From contig ML992510.1 of the NCBI GenBank assembly GCA_010093995.1, forward strand, positions 746,177 through 766,176: a stretch of DNA of 20,000 nucleotides, given 5' to 3'. The notes under the pieces are model-generated. The model had not been told where the DNA came from. It was given only the letters and a program-made list of their open reading frames with translations, and did no database searches. Below are positions 1 to 12,279 of the stretch, in pieces; the stretch's first letter is position 1; every line of letters starts with the position of its first letter. A program made the translations under genes and the position numbers. Origin of the DNA: Elsinoe ampelina (Eukaryota).

Positions 1-141
1 GTTTAGATAGTATATAACTCCGGTAGTTCTACTACCGAAATTAACTATATTATAGCTAGTAGGTAGCTTATAGCCCCGGTAGCACCCGTAGAGAAGAATC
101 TTAGTATAGAGGTAGACAAGGAGGATAGTAAGGACAAGTAG
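1..141 (+). pseudogene. C-terminus of antisense cargo ORF in the Gypsy-1 3' region
   Basis: Frame 1 reads V*IVYNSGSSTTEINYIIASR*LIAPVAPVEKNLSIEVDKEDSKDK* (TAG 139-141), convergent with pol. It de-RIPs to an acidic tail like EEDLGMEVDEEDGEDE. Confidence 0.5.
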
Positions 142-330
142 GCGTATATAAGCTAGGTGTACATTCTTAGCGCTATATCTATAATAAGGCCTTACGTAGA
201 GCATAATAGAGTATAGAGTTTAGGTTAATACCTATAATAGTAGCGTAAGTGTAGCGCTTTATTAAAATATATTTCCCTAGGTAAGGAGTCTACTCTTTAC
301 TCTATTTATATGTTTATATAATCTGTCTAC

Positions 331-3300
331 TTATATGCTTTATAATCCGCGCCTTTAGTAACCTTTCTTAGCTACTCTTAGCTACAACTCGTATATAGTA
401 ATTAGCTCTCTTATATTTACGTAATTCTCTTTAGGTTCCTAGCTATTAAACTTAATAGGCTAGTCCTTCTACTTTACTAAGTAGAATACCTTACTCTTTA
501 TAGTTCTCTTACCTAGGATCTTCTCTACTATCTACTTATCTACTTTGTTAGCGAGAGATATACTCTCTTCTAGCTTCTCGCTAGCTCTACCTATCTATAG
601 TTTAAGAAGAGATATATAAAAGACATTATAGATGCAATAATAACTTAGTAAAGCTAGGCGATACGCCTACGATCTAATTATATTAAGTATACGAAATAGG
701 CTAAGGAATTATAGTTCTATCTTCTTCTTTAGTATAGGTAGCTATAAGTTCTTAGCTAAGAGTAGTACTAAGTTACCTACGCTATATACCCTTAGCGTAT
801 ACTTCCTATTATAGTACTTAGCCTAGTAGGTAGAAGCCTCTTTCTATTGCTCTACTAGCTTCGTATATATGTCTTGTAAGTGTTATACTAACTCCGCTAC
901 TACTAGTACTCTTCTCTCTAAAGTTTTATCCCGAGACTTAATAGCTATTACCTCTAACTCTAGGTAGTAGCTATATATTATTTAGAAGAGGCTTATACGT
1001 AGCGTAGTATAAATGCTATTATTACTTACAAATTCTACTTATAATAGATATTTAGCCTAGTCGTTCTATAGCTCTATATAGTAGCACCTTAGGTACTATT
1101 CTAATATCTAGTTTTACTACTTAGTTTAACTATCTATCTACGGGTAAAAGGCTATACTAAGCCTACGCTTTATATGCGTTTTATAACAGAATTTACTCTA
1201 GAACTAGCTAGTAAAGACCGATCCTTAATTACTTACTATTCCTCTTAGAACACTATAATAGTAAATAACATAGTTACGTAGGATCTCTACTAGCTCTATA
1301 GATATACACTTCTTAGTAGTAGAGATATATAGTAACATCTTAGTGTAATAGTCTATAATTACTAGTACTATATTATAGACGCTACTACCTTACTTACTTA
1401 GTAGTAGATTAGTAATAAAATCTATTATAATTTCTTACTATAGGCGGTCTAGTATTAGTAGCGTACGTAGCTTACTATAGGCGTAATAGTAGCGCGCCTT
1501 ATACTTCTAGTAAACTTAGTATAACTATACGTAGTTATTAATGTCTTTTCTTATAGTTGCCTAGAAGTACTTTTATAAGAGAAGTTTAAGCGTCTTATCC
1601 TTACTAAAGTAACTAGCCTATTCGCTATTATAGTATATATATAGTACCTACGCCTTAAGTGCGCTATTATTTAGAATAACTAGTAACTCTTTATAGAAGA
1701 GAAGATTATCTTATATATTCTATAGCGCTCTACTCTTGTCTCTACTACTCCCCGCTTACGAATATAGCTTTATAAACTTAGGGTCTTATCCTTATAGTAG
1801 CTCTACTACTAATATTAGGTTAGTAGATAGATCTTTAAAGAGATTCTCTCTCGTAGTTACTATAACTATAACTCGCTAGGTCGTTATAAGCCCCTAGGAG
1901 TTCTTAGAAGAGAAGTCGCTACTATATAGCGTATAGGCAGCCTAGGCCTATTCTAGGGCAGCCTCGTATATAGTGTAGATATGTCTAATAAGCGAGGTAG
2001 CTTCCTTAACATCGGTAGTTTAGTCCTATATACGAAGCTTATTCTAAAGGGTAGAAAGGAGATATAATACCTCTTACTCTTCTACTACGTAGTTAGAGTG
2101 CCTCGAGGGTATATTAGCTAGGTTCCTTATACCTAGCTAATACTCTATTATAAAGTTAAAAGTAGTAAGGAAGGTAGCCTAGTAAGCTTATTAGCTATTT
2201 AGCTATTTTAGCTTTATAAATCCTCGGAGATTATTATAGTTAGTAAGTACTTAAATTATATATATAGCACCTTCGAGGTAGTATTACTATTGCTTAAATA
2301 CATATATAATTACTAATAACTCTTAGTTGTATGTCTCGTAGTTATACTCTACTAGGATAAACTTCCTTAACTAAAAGGCTATAGGGTACTAAGTACTATT
2401 AAATAGTTAGGACAGAATTGCTACTACTATAAACTTTAATATATCGCTTTTAATATATAAGGGTAGCGTAGGATCGTAGTAGCGGAGGATAGAGGCACGT
2501 ATAAATATGTCTCTAATGTCCTTAAATGTCTACTATTTACTTATGCCCTATACGAAAGAGCTATACTTATAACTTTTAACTAAGCCTTTAAGGAGGCTAA
2601 AGAGGAGAGTAATAATCTTAGAGTAATACTATATAAAGTAGCAGTAGAAATTTATAAAGCTAGTAAACTACTAGACTTTATAATAACTCTTCGGCCTTAG
2701 TTAATCCTTAATTGTAGTTACTCTACTTAGATCTATTAAGACGCCTATAGTAGAGATAATATAGCTAAGGAATTCTATCTCCTTAGTAAAGAATTTATAT
2801 TTCTTAAGGCTAGTATATAAAGTAAACTTCTATAGCCTCGCTAGGATCTTATATATATAATATATATAGTTCTCTCTTAAGTTACTATAGATAAGAATAT
2901 TATTAAGGTAGACGATATAGATAGTATTAACTAGTCTACCTAGCGCTTTATTAATACACGCTTAGAAGGTAGCTAGGGCGTTAGTTAATCTAAAAGGTAT
3001 AACTAAATACTTAAAATAGCTATAGTACGTATAGAATGTAGTTTTCTACTTATCGCTACGCTTAATAGAGATCCTATAGTAGGTATTTTTTAGATCTAAC
3101 TTCGAGAACTACTAGGCTTACTTAAGCTAATTAAGTATCTCGCTAATAAGTAGAAGTAGGTAGTAATTCTTAATAGTTACCTCGTTTAAGCCTTAATAAT
3201 CTATATATAAGCCTAGACTACTATCTTTCTTAGGCACGAATAGGATAGAAATACTTACCTCGCTTATAGAGTGCCTAATTTACCTATTTAATTAAGTAGT

Positions 3301-4037
3301 CTCGAGATAGTCCTTAAGCACCTTAAGCTCCTTAACTAAGAGATTATATAAGGGCTAGAATAAAGGCCTCTTACCTAGCTCTAGCTTAATTACATACTCT
3401 ACGCCTAGTAGGCGTAGTAGATTTATAATATCCTTATAGATAAAGACGTTAAAGAACTCTACGAACTTTAATAGTAGAGCTAGGTCGCCTATAGCGTAAG
3501 TGTAGTCCTTAGATAGAGTCTATACTATAGCGTATATTCTCGGCTTATTCTTAAGGTCCTTTATAAAGTCTTCTAGTTCGCATAAGTAAACTATATATAA
3601 GAAGTAGCTATATAACTAGTTATCTATAGCGCTATCTATAATTATATACTATCTTCTCCGCTATAGGCGCTCTAAAATAACTAGAGGGCCTAGTCCTAAG
3701 TCTATAGCGTAGAAGAGGCCGATTGTCTCTCTAAGGTTACTATAGAAGTCTACTAGACGTACGTAAAGCTAGTATATACCGTAGTAGAATCCGGCTTACT
3801 CTATAAAGGAGAAGATACTTAAATACTAAGTATGCTTAACTCTTAGCAGATTATAACGAAGAGTAAATACCTAAGATATAAGATTAACTTCTATATAATT
3901 GTCTATAAGAAATATATAGTCTTCGTGCCCTATAGGTACTATAATAGCGCTGTAATAGGGTAGCGATAGATAAGCGTTAATTAGAAGAGAGAAAGGGCTT
4001 AGTTATACTCTTTAGCTAAGCCCTTAGAGTTTCCTAA
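331..4037 (-). pseudogene. pol: Gypsy-1 pol (PR-RT-RH-IN-chromodomain), RIP-inactivated
   Basis: Protease LIDNYIEVN (~LIDSCAEVN) 3883-3909. RT PFRLTNALATF then YLNN (YLDD) 2899-2910. RNase H ETYN*ELL and LTNYNNL ~2190-2455. HHCC zinc finger ~1510-1640. Integrase core SN*GSVFTS and AFYP*IDS*TK ~1120-1240. GPF domain ~600-730. Chromodomain YLVK*KD*P..FNS*EP ~420-490. Protease, RT and chromodomain share one frame. Confidence 0.93.
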
Positions 4038-5207
4038 CTTAGAGTTATTAGACTTATCTACAGTAGTAACCTTATATACTACCTAAGACTCGCTATTCTT
4101 CTATAGGTGCTTCGACCTATACTTTAGCTTAATATAACTAGTTTTACTATAACTATAGTACTTAGCGTCTCTCTTCTACTTATCGGAGGAACTTCTCTAA
4201 CTACTAAACTATTTAATAGGTAGGTTAGTAGCTTCGCGCTTATAGTAAGCTTAAGAGCTACTACTGGACTAGTAGTAGTATTCTCCTCGGGGGCTACTAC
4301 GACTACTATACTTATATAGGTAGTTACTTTTATCTTCTCGTATAGTACGCTTACTACTAGTATAGTCTATAGACTCGATACGTAAGTCTAAAGAGACTAA
4401 CTTCTAGCGTATAGCTAGAATAGTATAGTGTTTAATAATAGTAGTACGTAGCGTAGGCTATAGCTTAGTAAGGAGATAGTATACTCTCTACTCTTTAGAG
4501 TAGAGAGCTAGTTACTCCTCGAGGGTAGCGAGTTCCGAGGCGAAGGCCTAGATAGATTAGCCCTTACGTTATTAGGCTCCCTTATATATAAGAGTTATAT
4601 GCACTTTATAATTAATAGAGTTATTAACTATGTCCTATATAAACTAGCAAAATTACTCCTACGTGTAGCTCTCTAGGCTATCTACGTAGTAGTAGTAATA
4701 CTATATCTTATCTAGCTCGCTAGCGAGGAATATAACTCTATATAGTACCTTCTACTAATTAGTAGAGTAAGCCTTAAGAGCTAGAGTAAAGATAACCTCG
4801 AGATTCTTTAGGAAGAATCTTACCTCTTTAAGTATCTTACCCTAATAGGGATAAGGTTCCCTTAGTTAAGGTTATCTAGAGGATAGTCTTATAAATAGTC
4901 TACCGCTACTATATATGCTCTATATACTAGCGTTACTTACTATAGGCTTAGTAGAAGTACGCGAGCTACGGTCGAAGCCTCCTTAGTAGTATCCTACATT
5001 ACATATATAGTGTATTTACTTAATCTCTTCCTTAAGGCTCTAAGCCTTAAGCTCTAGCTCTAAATACTTACGCTTAGTATATAGGCGTAGTAGCTACTCT
5101 ATAAGGGTCTCTTCTTTCTCTAGGGGAGTCTACTTAATAGAGTCTATTTCTATAACATTAATAACGTAAGGTACTAGCGCCTTACTAATAGAGTTCTAGT
5201 TATCTAT
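3999..5207 (-). pseudogene. gag: Gypsy-1 gag, RIP-inactivated (start approximate)
   Basis: CCHC knuckle YYSYSKTSYIKLKY (~CYSCGKTGHIKPEC) at ~4119-4160. Candidate start ATA(<ATG) at 5207 is in the same frame, and the stop is at 3999-4001. Confidence 0.75.
4029..4035 (-). promoter_or_regulatory. -1 ribosomal frameshift heptamer A GGA AAC (probably G GGA AAC before RIP)
   Basis: Phased X XXY YYZ in the gag frame, and the protease codons lie in the -1 frame. Confidence 0.7.
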
Positions 5208-5275
5208 AGGGTCTAATAGATTACGACTATAGGGGAGTAATTAGAACTATTAAAGCCTTATATTAAAGCTATATA

Positions 5276-5421
5276 TGTTATAATATAAAGAACGCCTATC
5301 TAACTAAATAGTTCGTTAGTAGTAGAACTAATTACTATTAAGTTTAAGGCGTAAGTGCTATATAAGATAAGTAGGTACGTTACGTAAGTAAGACTAGCCG
5401 CTACTAAGTGCCGCCCTAATA
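5276..5421 (-). repeat. Gypsy-1 5' LTR (~146 bp)
   Basis: On + it starts TGTTA and ends TAATA (<TAACA), with an internal TATA-like box ~5359-5366. Gypsy-2 gag resumes immediately at 5422. The second LTR copy is not in the window. Confidence 0.55.
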
Positions 5422-5422
5422 C

Positions 5423-6422
5423 TAGGCCCTTATAGAAGAGCTAGCTTAACTCTACTAGAATAGAGAGTATATAGAGATCTAGAGGGCCCTTATAATTAAG
5501 TGCGAAGAACCCCTTTAGAAGAGGACCTATATCGATATATAGGAATAGTAAGAGAAGTCTAATAATAATAATTAGTTATACTAAGATAGTATCTCTCGAG
5601 GAACCTCTAATCTAGATATCTCTCTAGAGATACTTTCTCTTTAGATTAACCTTAAGAAAGTATAAAAGCTAGAGGTACTAGAGAAACTAAAGAGATATAT
5701 ATACCTCGCCGACGTAAAGGCGTTTATCTAATCGTGCTATACTATCTTTAGGGTCTATAAGTATATCTATCTTACTAGTAGAGATCGAGTCTAGTTTATA
5801 GCTAGCTATCTAGATAGATCCCTTACTATAATATAGAAGAGCTATATTAACAACGTAGAACCTTAGGCTAAGAACTAGAGCTACTTTTAAGAATAGATTA
5901 AAGATTGTATTATAGACAAGAGTAACTAAGCTCTAAAATATACCTAACTATTCTATAATAGCGCTTAGAGGTCGAACTAATTAGTTGCTAAGTTTGCCTA
6001 ATACCTCGAAGAGTACGCTAAGGAAATTAGTAATATTACTATAGATAAGGCTTAGTTTATAAGCTACCTTATTAACGGCGTAAAGCCTACGTATTAATAG
6101 AGCTATATAGCGCTCTAAGACTCTCTAAGGGGTAAAGACAAGGCTATCTCCTACTTTACTTATATTAAGAGTGTATTTAGGAGCTAAGCTATCTCCGAGA
6201 CGATATATATCTCTTACTACTTCGTAGATAAGCTAAAGAGAGGCAACTAGAAATTCTAGAATAACAAAAATAAGAAAAAAAAGAAAGTTTAAAGACCTTA
6301 CGTCTAGGGTTAATATAACTCTAATACTCTATTACCTCGACCTCTTAGAGGTAAAGTACTATAGGTGTAGGTAACCTAGCTATATCTACCCTAACTACCC
6401 TTATAACAAGATAAAAAACTAA
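5423..6422 (+). pseudogene. gag: Gypsy-2 gag (N-terminus cut off)
   Basis: KLEVLEKLKRYIYLADVKAFI*SCYTIF...RV*FIASYL capsid-like segment. CCHC YYRCR*PSYIYPNY (~CYGCGQPGHIRPNC) 6357-6398 and stop TAA 6420-6422. Apparent 1-nt slip in the A-run ~6275-6282. Confidence 0.82.
6413..6419 (+). promoter_or_regulatory. -1 frameshift heptamer A AAA AAC directly before the gag stop
   Basis: ata aaa aac taa in the gag frame. Protease (6551), YIDD (7550) and chromodomain (10172) codons are all in the -1 frame. Confidence 0.82.
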
Positions 6423-9400
6423 ATACTCTAGCTATAGATCTTGCCTCCGTATAGCTAGGAGTATCTAAAGGAGGTCCGCTACTAAGCTAACTAAGGATAG
6501 ACATTTACCTTAGTTAGGAAGGTAGAGCTCTATCTACTAATTACGTAGCTATGTCTCTTATAGATTTAGAGGCTAATATTTATTTTATTAACTACTATTA
6601 CGTAAAGGAGAAAGAAGTTTACCTATGTACTAATAGTATAACGAGAGTAAAGTCCCTTAACTAGTATAAGATACACTTATATAGATACTACTATCTTATA
6701 GTAGAAGCTACTAACTACTATAGCGTTATAAAGGAAGTTTAATAGCACTTCGAGTCGGTAGAGATAAAGAGATATAACTTAGTACTAGGCTAGATATAGC
6801 TCTTTAGTATTAACCTAAACATCGATTAGTAAAGCTAGAGGTAGAGACATTACTCTACTAGCGTTAATATAACGCTCCTAATAGCGGAAGAATTTGCTAA
6901 GGAAATGTTAGAGTAGCTATAGTGCTATATAGTTTTCTTAAATATAATCTATAAAGATAATGCTTTAACGTTATAAAGTAGACTCCTAAGCTAGCTCTAT
7001 AACTTCTTAGATATATTCGATAATAAGGAAGCTATTACTATACTCTCTCTAGCGCTATATAACTACTTAATCGAACTTATTAAAGGGAAGTAACCTCTAT
7101 AGAGACCTATTTACGCCCTTGTAGAGACGGAGCTAAGTACTCTTAGAGAGTACCTAGCTAAGAATTTAAAGCTAGGCTATATTTGCTACTCTACTAGCCC
7201 TATAGAGGCTTTTATCCTCTTTATGCCTAAGGCTAATAAGTCGCTACGTCTCTACGTCGACTACTAAGGTCTTAATAACGTCTTAGTAAAGAACTACTAC
7301 TCTTTGCCCCTTATTACTAAGATACTCGATAGAATCTAGGGGGCTAAAGTATACTTAAAAATAGATCTAAGGGACGTATATTACTATATCTAGATTAAGG
7401 GGAGCGACGAATAGAAGATAGCGTTCCGATATAGATATAGACATTTTAAATACATAGTTATACCTTTTAGCCTTATAAACGCTCCTACTACCTTCTAGTT
7501 ATATATTAGCTAATACCTCGATAGCTTAGTTAATTACTACTATATCGTCTATATAGACGATATTCTTATCTACTCCTAAGATCTATCGTAGTACTATAGG
7601 CATATTAAAGAAGTTCTAGCGTAACTTAGAAAGTATCTTCTTTTTATAAAGGCTTCTAAGTACGCCTTTAAAGTTAAGAAAGTATAGTTTCTAGAATATA
7701 TTCTAGGCCCTAAGAGCGTCTCGATAAAGCTCTAGAGAGTTTAAGCTATCGTAGACTAGCTAGAACCTACTTCTCTAAAAGAACTCTAGATCTTTCTTAG
7801 ATTTATAAACTTTTACTAATAGTTTATTAATAGCTACGTAGAGATAATAAGACCTATAACGTAACTACTTATAGAGAGTAAAAATAGAAAATAGGTAGGT
7901 CCTTTCTACTTTACTAATAGTGCTAGGCAATTATTCTAACATCTTAAAGATTACTTTATAACTGCTTCCCTCCTATAGTTTTTTAATAAAAGTAAGAATA
8001 TAAGAATATATACTAACTCCTCTAGATTTGCTATCTCTAGAATTGCTATATAACTATTTAGCAACGGTAGAGAGAAGGCAGTCTAATAGTACTCTATTAT
8101 GTACTATTTACGGAAACTATAGAGAGTAGAGTTAAACTAGCTTACGTATAACTAAGAGCTACTTACTATCCTCGAGGTAGCGCGCTACTAGTAGTAGTAT
8201 CTCTTCTCTATTTCTTCTACTACTACTATGTTTATAGATTATAATAACCTAAAATACTTCTTAACAACTAAGACGCTCTTAGCTTAATAGGCCTATATTA
8301 GTAAAGAGCTATTATAATATAATATCTAGATTACCTATAACCTAGAGAAGCTTAATTCTACTAATAGACTATTAAGGAGGCTAGACCTAGATACTAGAGA
8401 TAAGTAAGCTAAGGTAGACTTACACCTATAGGTCCTAAGAGACTTATATAAGAGGCTAGAGAGACATCTTCTCCTTAACGCTATAATAGTAGCTAAGTAA
8501 GTTAAGTTAACCTAAGACATATAAGGTAAGATACTAGATATAAACTTAGTAGTTACCGAGGACTCCTTACCGAGATAGTATAGCGAGGTAGAGTATACTA
8601 GGAGATCTAAAGATACCTAAGAGAGTATTATAGCCTAAGGCGAGATACTAGACATAGATATAGAAGCTAAGATAGCTCTCTATAAGGGTAGAGATAGTAG
8701 GTCTACTCCCTTAGAGGTAAGTAGTTCCTTTTACTATTCCCCGTAGATAACTATAGTAGAGAAATTATAGAAAGATTATAGAGAACTTACTAGCTCTAGA
8801 CGTCTATATACAATAGCTACGAAAGAAGACAATACGTATAAAGAGGCATTACCGAGGCTACTTAGCCTAGTAAAGAGACTATAGCGGCGAGATACTATAG
8901 TAGAGATAATACTAAAGCGTCTTAGCGATCCTAAAGAAAAGGAGACTACTAAGAGAGAGAGCTAGAGATAGTAAAACAATAGCGTTCTACTATTCTAAGA
9001 TAAAGTCTTTATCCTAGCTATAAAAATACTAACTACGGAGATACTCTATAGAAATTATAATAATCTAATAGTAGGCTACCTCGGAATAGAAAAGATACTC
9101 TTCGTACTAAAGTAGAAGTACTATTAGAAGGGCATAACGATAGACGTTACTAGATACGTAAATTACTATAATAAGTGCTAAAGAATAAAGGTTCCTCGAT
9201 ATTAGCCCTATAGTAAAATATAGGCTCTAAGATTACCCCCTATTAGAGAAGTACTCTAGTATTAGTTAATAGACTTTATTACTAATTTACCTCTAGCGAA
9301 GGACTAATAGAGCTCCGTTACTAATTTAATTTTAGTACTAGTAGATAAAGTATCTAAATATATTAGATATATTCTAGTAAGAAAAGATATAGAGGCCCGA

Positions 9401-10369
9401 GAGTTAGCCGACATTATAGAGAAAGAGATCCTTAGTTACTATAGGTTCCTAAGAAGCTAGATTACTAATAGGGGTACTTTATTTAAGTCTAAATTTTAGA
9501 CGTTTCTCTACTAGAGATAGAAGGTCTAGAGATACCTCTTAATAGCGTTCTACCCTTAAACTAATAGCGCTATAGAGAGATAGAACTAGATAATCGAATA
9601 GTACCTAAGGGTGTTTATTAATTTCTACTAAGATAACTAGCTATACTAGCTATATTAGGCCGAGTTTGCCTATAATAGCTTCTATAGCGCGTCGCTAGGG
9701 GTAAGCCTACTCTACTATATTTATAGAATAGTTCTATATCTCCCTAATAATATTAAGGCTAACGCTATAGAGAAGAAGGTAGCTCTATAACTACTAGAAG
9801 CACTAGTAGTAGAAGTAAGAGTAAAGGCTCTATAAGACATAAGAGAAGAACTTAAGTAGTATAGGCTTAATGCTATTACGTAGTAGGAGGTATACTATAA
9901 TAAGAAGCACTAGCTAATAAGGTTTAAGAAAGGCTAAGAAGTTATACTAAGTACTAAGAACCTCTAGTCTCTCCGGCTAAAGAAGAAGCTAGTAGCGAAG
10001 TTTATAGGTCTATTTACCGTCGCTAAGACAGTAGGCTACTAAGTATACTAACTTAACCTTCTAGTATATATAAAATCGATCTACTTAATCTTTTACATAT
10101 CTCTCTTTAAGGCTTATTAACGAGGCAATAATATTACTCTACTACTAGTAGAGATTAAGAGGGAAGAAGAATACAAAGTTAAAGAGATAGTTAATAAGAG
10201 CCTTATTAGAGGTAAGACTTACTATAAGGTACTCTAGAAAGGCTATCCTAAAGAGGAAGCTAGCTAAGAGCTAATAGAGCATCTACGGAATACTATTAGC
10301 AAAATTAAGAACTTTAAAAAGAAAAGCCTTATTCTAAGCGTAATAGCGAAGTAACGCTATATTAAGTAA
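6413..10369 (+). pseudogene. pol: Gypsy-2 pol (PR-RT-RH-IN-chromodomain), RIP-inactivated
   Basis: Protease LIDLEAN (~LIDSGAD) ~6557-6577. RT YIDD 7550-7561. RNase H YTNSSRFAI ~8010 and IDYNNLKYF ~8235. HHCC ~9053-9181. IDFITNLP ~9269, ITNRGTLF ~9461, AFYP*TNSAIER*N ~9545-9586. KFIGLFT ~10000. Chromodomain EEEYKVKEI...YKVL*KGYPKEEAS*EL 10163-10290. Confidence 0.94.
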
Positions 10370-10459
10370 GAGGCTTATAAGGCTTAAAGAGCTTAAACTT
10401 ACGCTATAGAGAAAGAGAGAGGTAAGAGAATAGCATAAGATTAAGATTTAAAAAACAGA

Positions 10460-11079
10460 TTATAAGAGGTCTATCTTAACCTTATTCTCTAAATCTTTAG
10501 GCTTATCTAGCTCTACTAGCTTAAGGACAAGATTACTATATAGAGACTCTATTATATCTTTATTAGACTTCTAAATATAGATAGTAGTATTAAAGGCATG
10601 CTAAGTTAAAATAAGACTCTTAATAAGTAGAGTATAAGAGATATTATACTACTATAGGTTAGCTATTATAGCGACGATATAGAATAAAAACATATAAAGA
10701 CATATTTAGTATAGAAGTAGTAATAGAGGCAGTAGCGGAGGAAAGTACCTACGTCGTTATTATAAATATATTAGGACTAAGCCTACTTATAGTTAAGGTA
10801 TATAGTAGTCTAGCGGTAAATATAAGACTTACACTAATAGTAGTACACCGGCGTAGCGTAGTTAGAAGGGGTCTAGAACTATAGGAACTTAGGCTTAGGA
10901 CTCTTACTATAGTTATAGTTATAGTTACTAGAGGAGTCTCTACCGAATCTAAGATAGTATATTACCCCTGTAATAACATTAGTAATCTCTAGAGACTTAA
11001 AGGACATAGCGTAGCTAGAGTTATTAATCTAATTAGTAGGGACATAGTAGGTTATAATACTATAGAATTCTAATATTAT
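10460..11079 (-). pseudogene. Antisense cargo gene B: intron-containing Cys6 (Zn-cluster-like) protein relic
   Basis: In-frame ATG at 11007, with a possible RIPped ATG at 11079. Tyr/Cys spacing x2-x20-x11-x2-x6 at 10842-10702, one Cys still intact. Intron 10695-10649 (ATATGT<GTATGT, GCTAAC, TAG) restores a nearly open exon 2 ending TAA 10462-10460. Confidence 0.68.
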
Positions 11080-11100
11080 AGTGTAAAAGTTAAGCGGATA

Positions 11101-11184
11101 GAGAGAATAAGAAGTCTAAGGAGATTAAGGAGAAAGAGAGAGAAGATAGTATATATATGTCGCTTCTCTATTGTCTAAACAATA
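11101..11184 (-). promoter_or_regulatory. Putative promoter of cargo gene B
   Basis: TATTGTctaaACAATA inverted pair 11169-11184, TATATATA 11150-11158, then a CT-rich tract (minus strand) leading to the ORF. Confidence 0.55.
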
Positions 11185-11480
11185 ATACTCTTCTTAATAA
11201 TATCTACCTTAATAATAGACCCTTAATAATATAATAATACCTAAGGGGATAATAGGCCCCGATAAAGAAGCAAGAGCAATCTAAGAGCTATAGCTTCGCT
11301 AGGGGCTATAAAATAAAAGACTTAGGCAAAAAGAAGAAGTAGAAAGCAAAAAACTCTATAAACTCTAAAAGGCAAAATCTATCTCTAATAGCTCTAAGCT
11401 ATTATATCGACTAAGAAACTTATACTTATACCTAGAAACCTAAATACTATACTAGTAACTACTCTAACTCCCTAAATCTC

Positions 11481-12166
11481 TTAAGCTCTACCGGTAGTAC
11501 TACTAGAGGCCGATATAGTAGCGTAAGCAAAAGCCTTCCTAGTAAGCTAGGCGCTAATAATCTTTACTAATAACTCGTTAGTCTTTTAGCTACTAGTAAG
11601 TAAGGTAGCGAAGTCCTTATAGGTTATAGATAGATCGTTATCGAAGTTAAATTCTTCTCTCTTTCTCTTCTTCTTAGTAGAAATATATTTAGCCTTAAGA
11701 GTAGTAATGTATCTCGCTATTATAGTATAGGCGTCGTAAACATACTACTTATTAGCTAGTATAGCGTCTAACTCCTTATCCTTATCGGTATAACGATAGG
11801 CGTAGATAGCCTTATAAGTAACTCTAGTAGCCTTAAGTTTATTACTATAGCGCTTAAGGAACTAGGAGTATTAGTATCGCTCTAATAGAGAATAGATATT
11901 AAACCTATAAAGGCATAGCTATTATAGTAGAGCTAGTAGAGCTAGTAGGAGGCATAATTATTCTACTCCTTATAGTAGTAGAGGTCGTTAGTAAAGTTAA
12001 TATTATTCGATATTATATATTTAATAGCGAGCTTAAGGTAGTTAATATAAGGGCCCTCTATAATAAGAACAATATTAGCGTAACTAGGAGACAATAGCGA
12101 AGTATCTTCGCGCTAGATCTAGCTATAGTTAGGTCTACTAGAGGTAGTACTTACTAGAGAAGACAT
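11481..12166 (-). pseudogene. Antisense cargo gene A: intron-containing Cys6 (Zn-cluster-like) protein relic, ~212 aa, with NLS-like KKKRKR
   Basis: Intact ATG TCT at 12166. Tyr spacing x2-x20-x9-x2-x6 at 12049-11915. A 47-nt intron 11908-11862 (ATAGGT<GTAGGT, CTAAT<CTAAC, TAG) corrects the frame. Exon 2 has only three RIP-type stops in ~126 codons. Confidence 0.72.
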
Positions 12167-12279
12167 ATTAAAAGAAGGTTCCTAATAGCGGAGAAAGAAT
12201 AATAAGACGTTAGAGAGATACTAGGAGATATTAGTATAGAATATAAGGTAGAGAGTAGAGAGCTATACTTTAGTAAAAG

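Larger units (their letters stand above)
1..5421 (-). mobile_element. Gypsy-1: Ty3/Gypsy chromovirus relic, 3' end outside window
   Basis: Minus-strand order LTR, gag (CCHC), protease, RT, RNase H, integrase, chromodomain. Confidence 0.93.

Noticed and set aside
10783..10832. Apparent 50-nt intron starting GTAAGT in gene B
   Set aside because: Removing it breaks the Cys6 spacing shared with gene A and throws the second half out of frame.
12058..12154. Apparent intron GTAAGT...GCTAAT...TAG near the start of gene A
   Set aside because: The ATG is already in frame with the Cys motif, and splicing this 97-nt segment would shift the frame.
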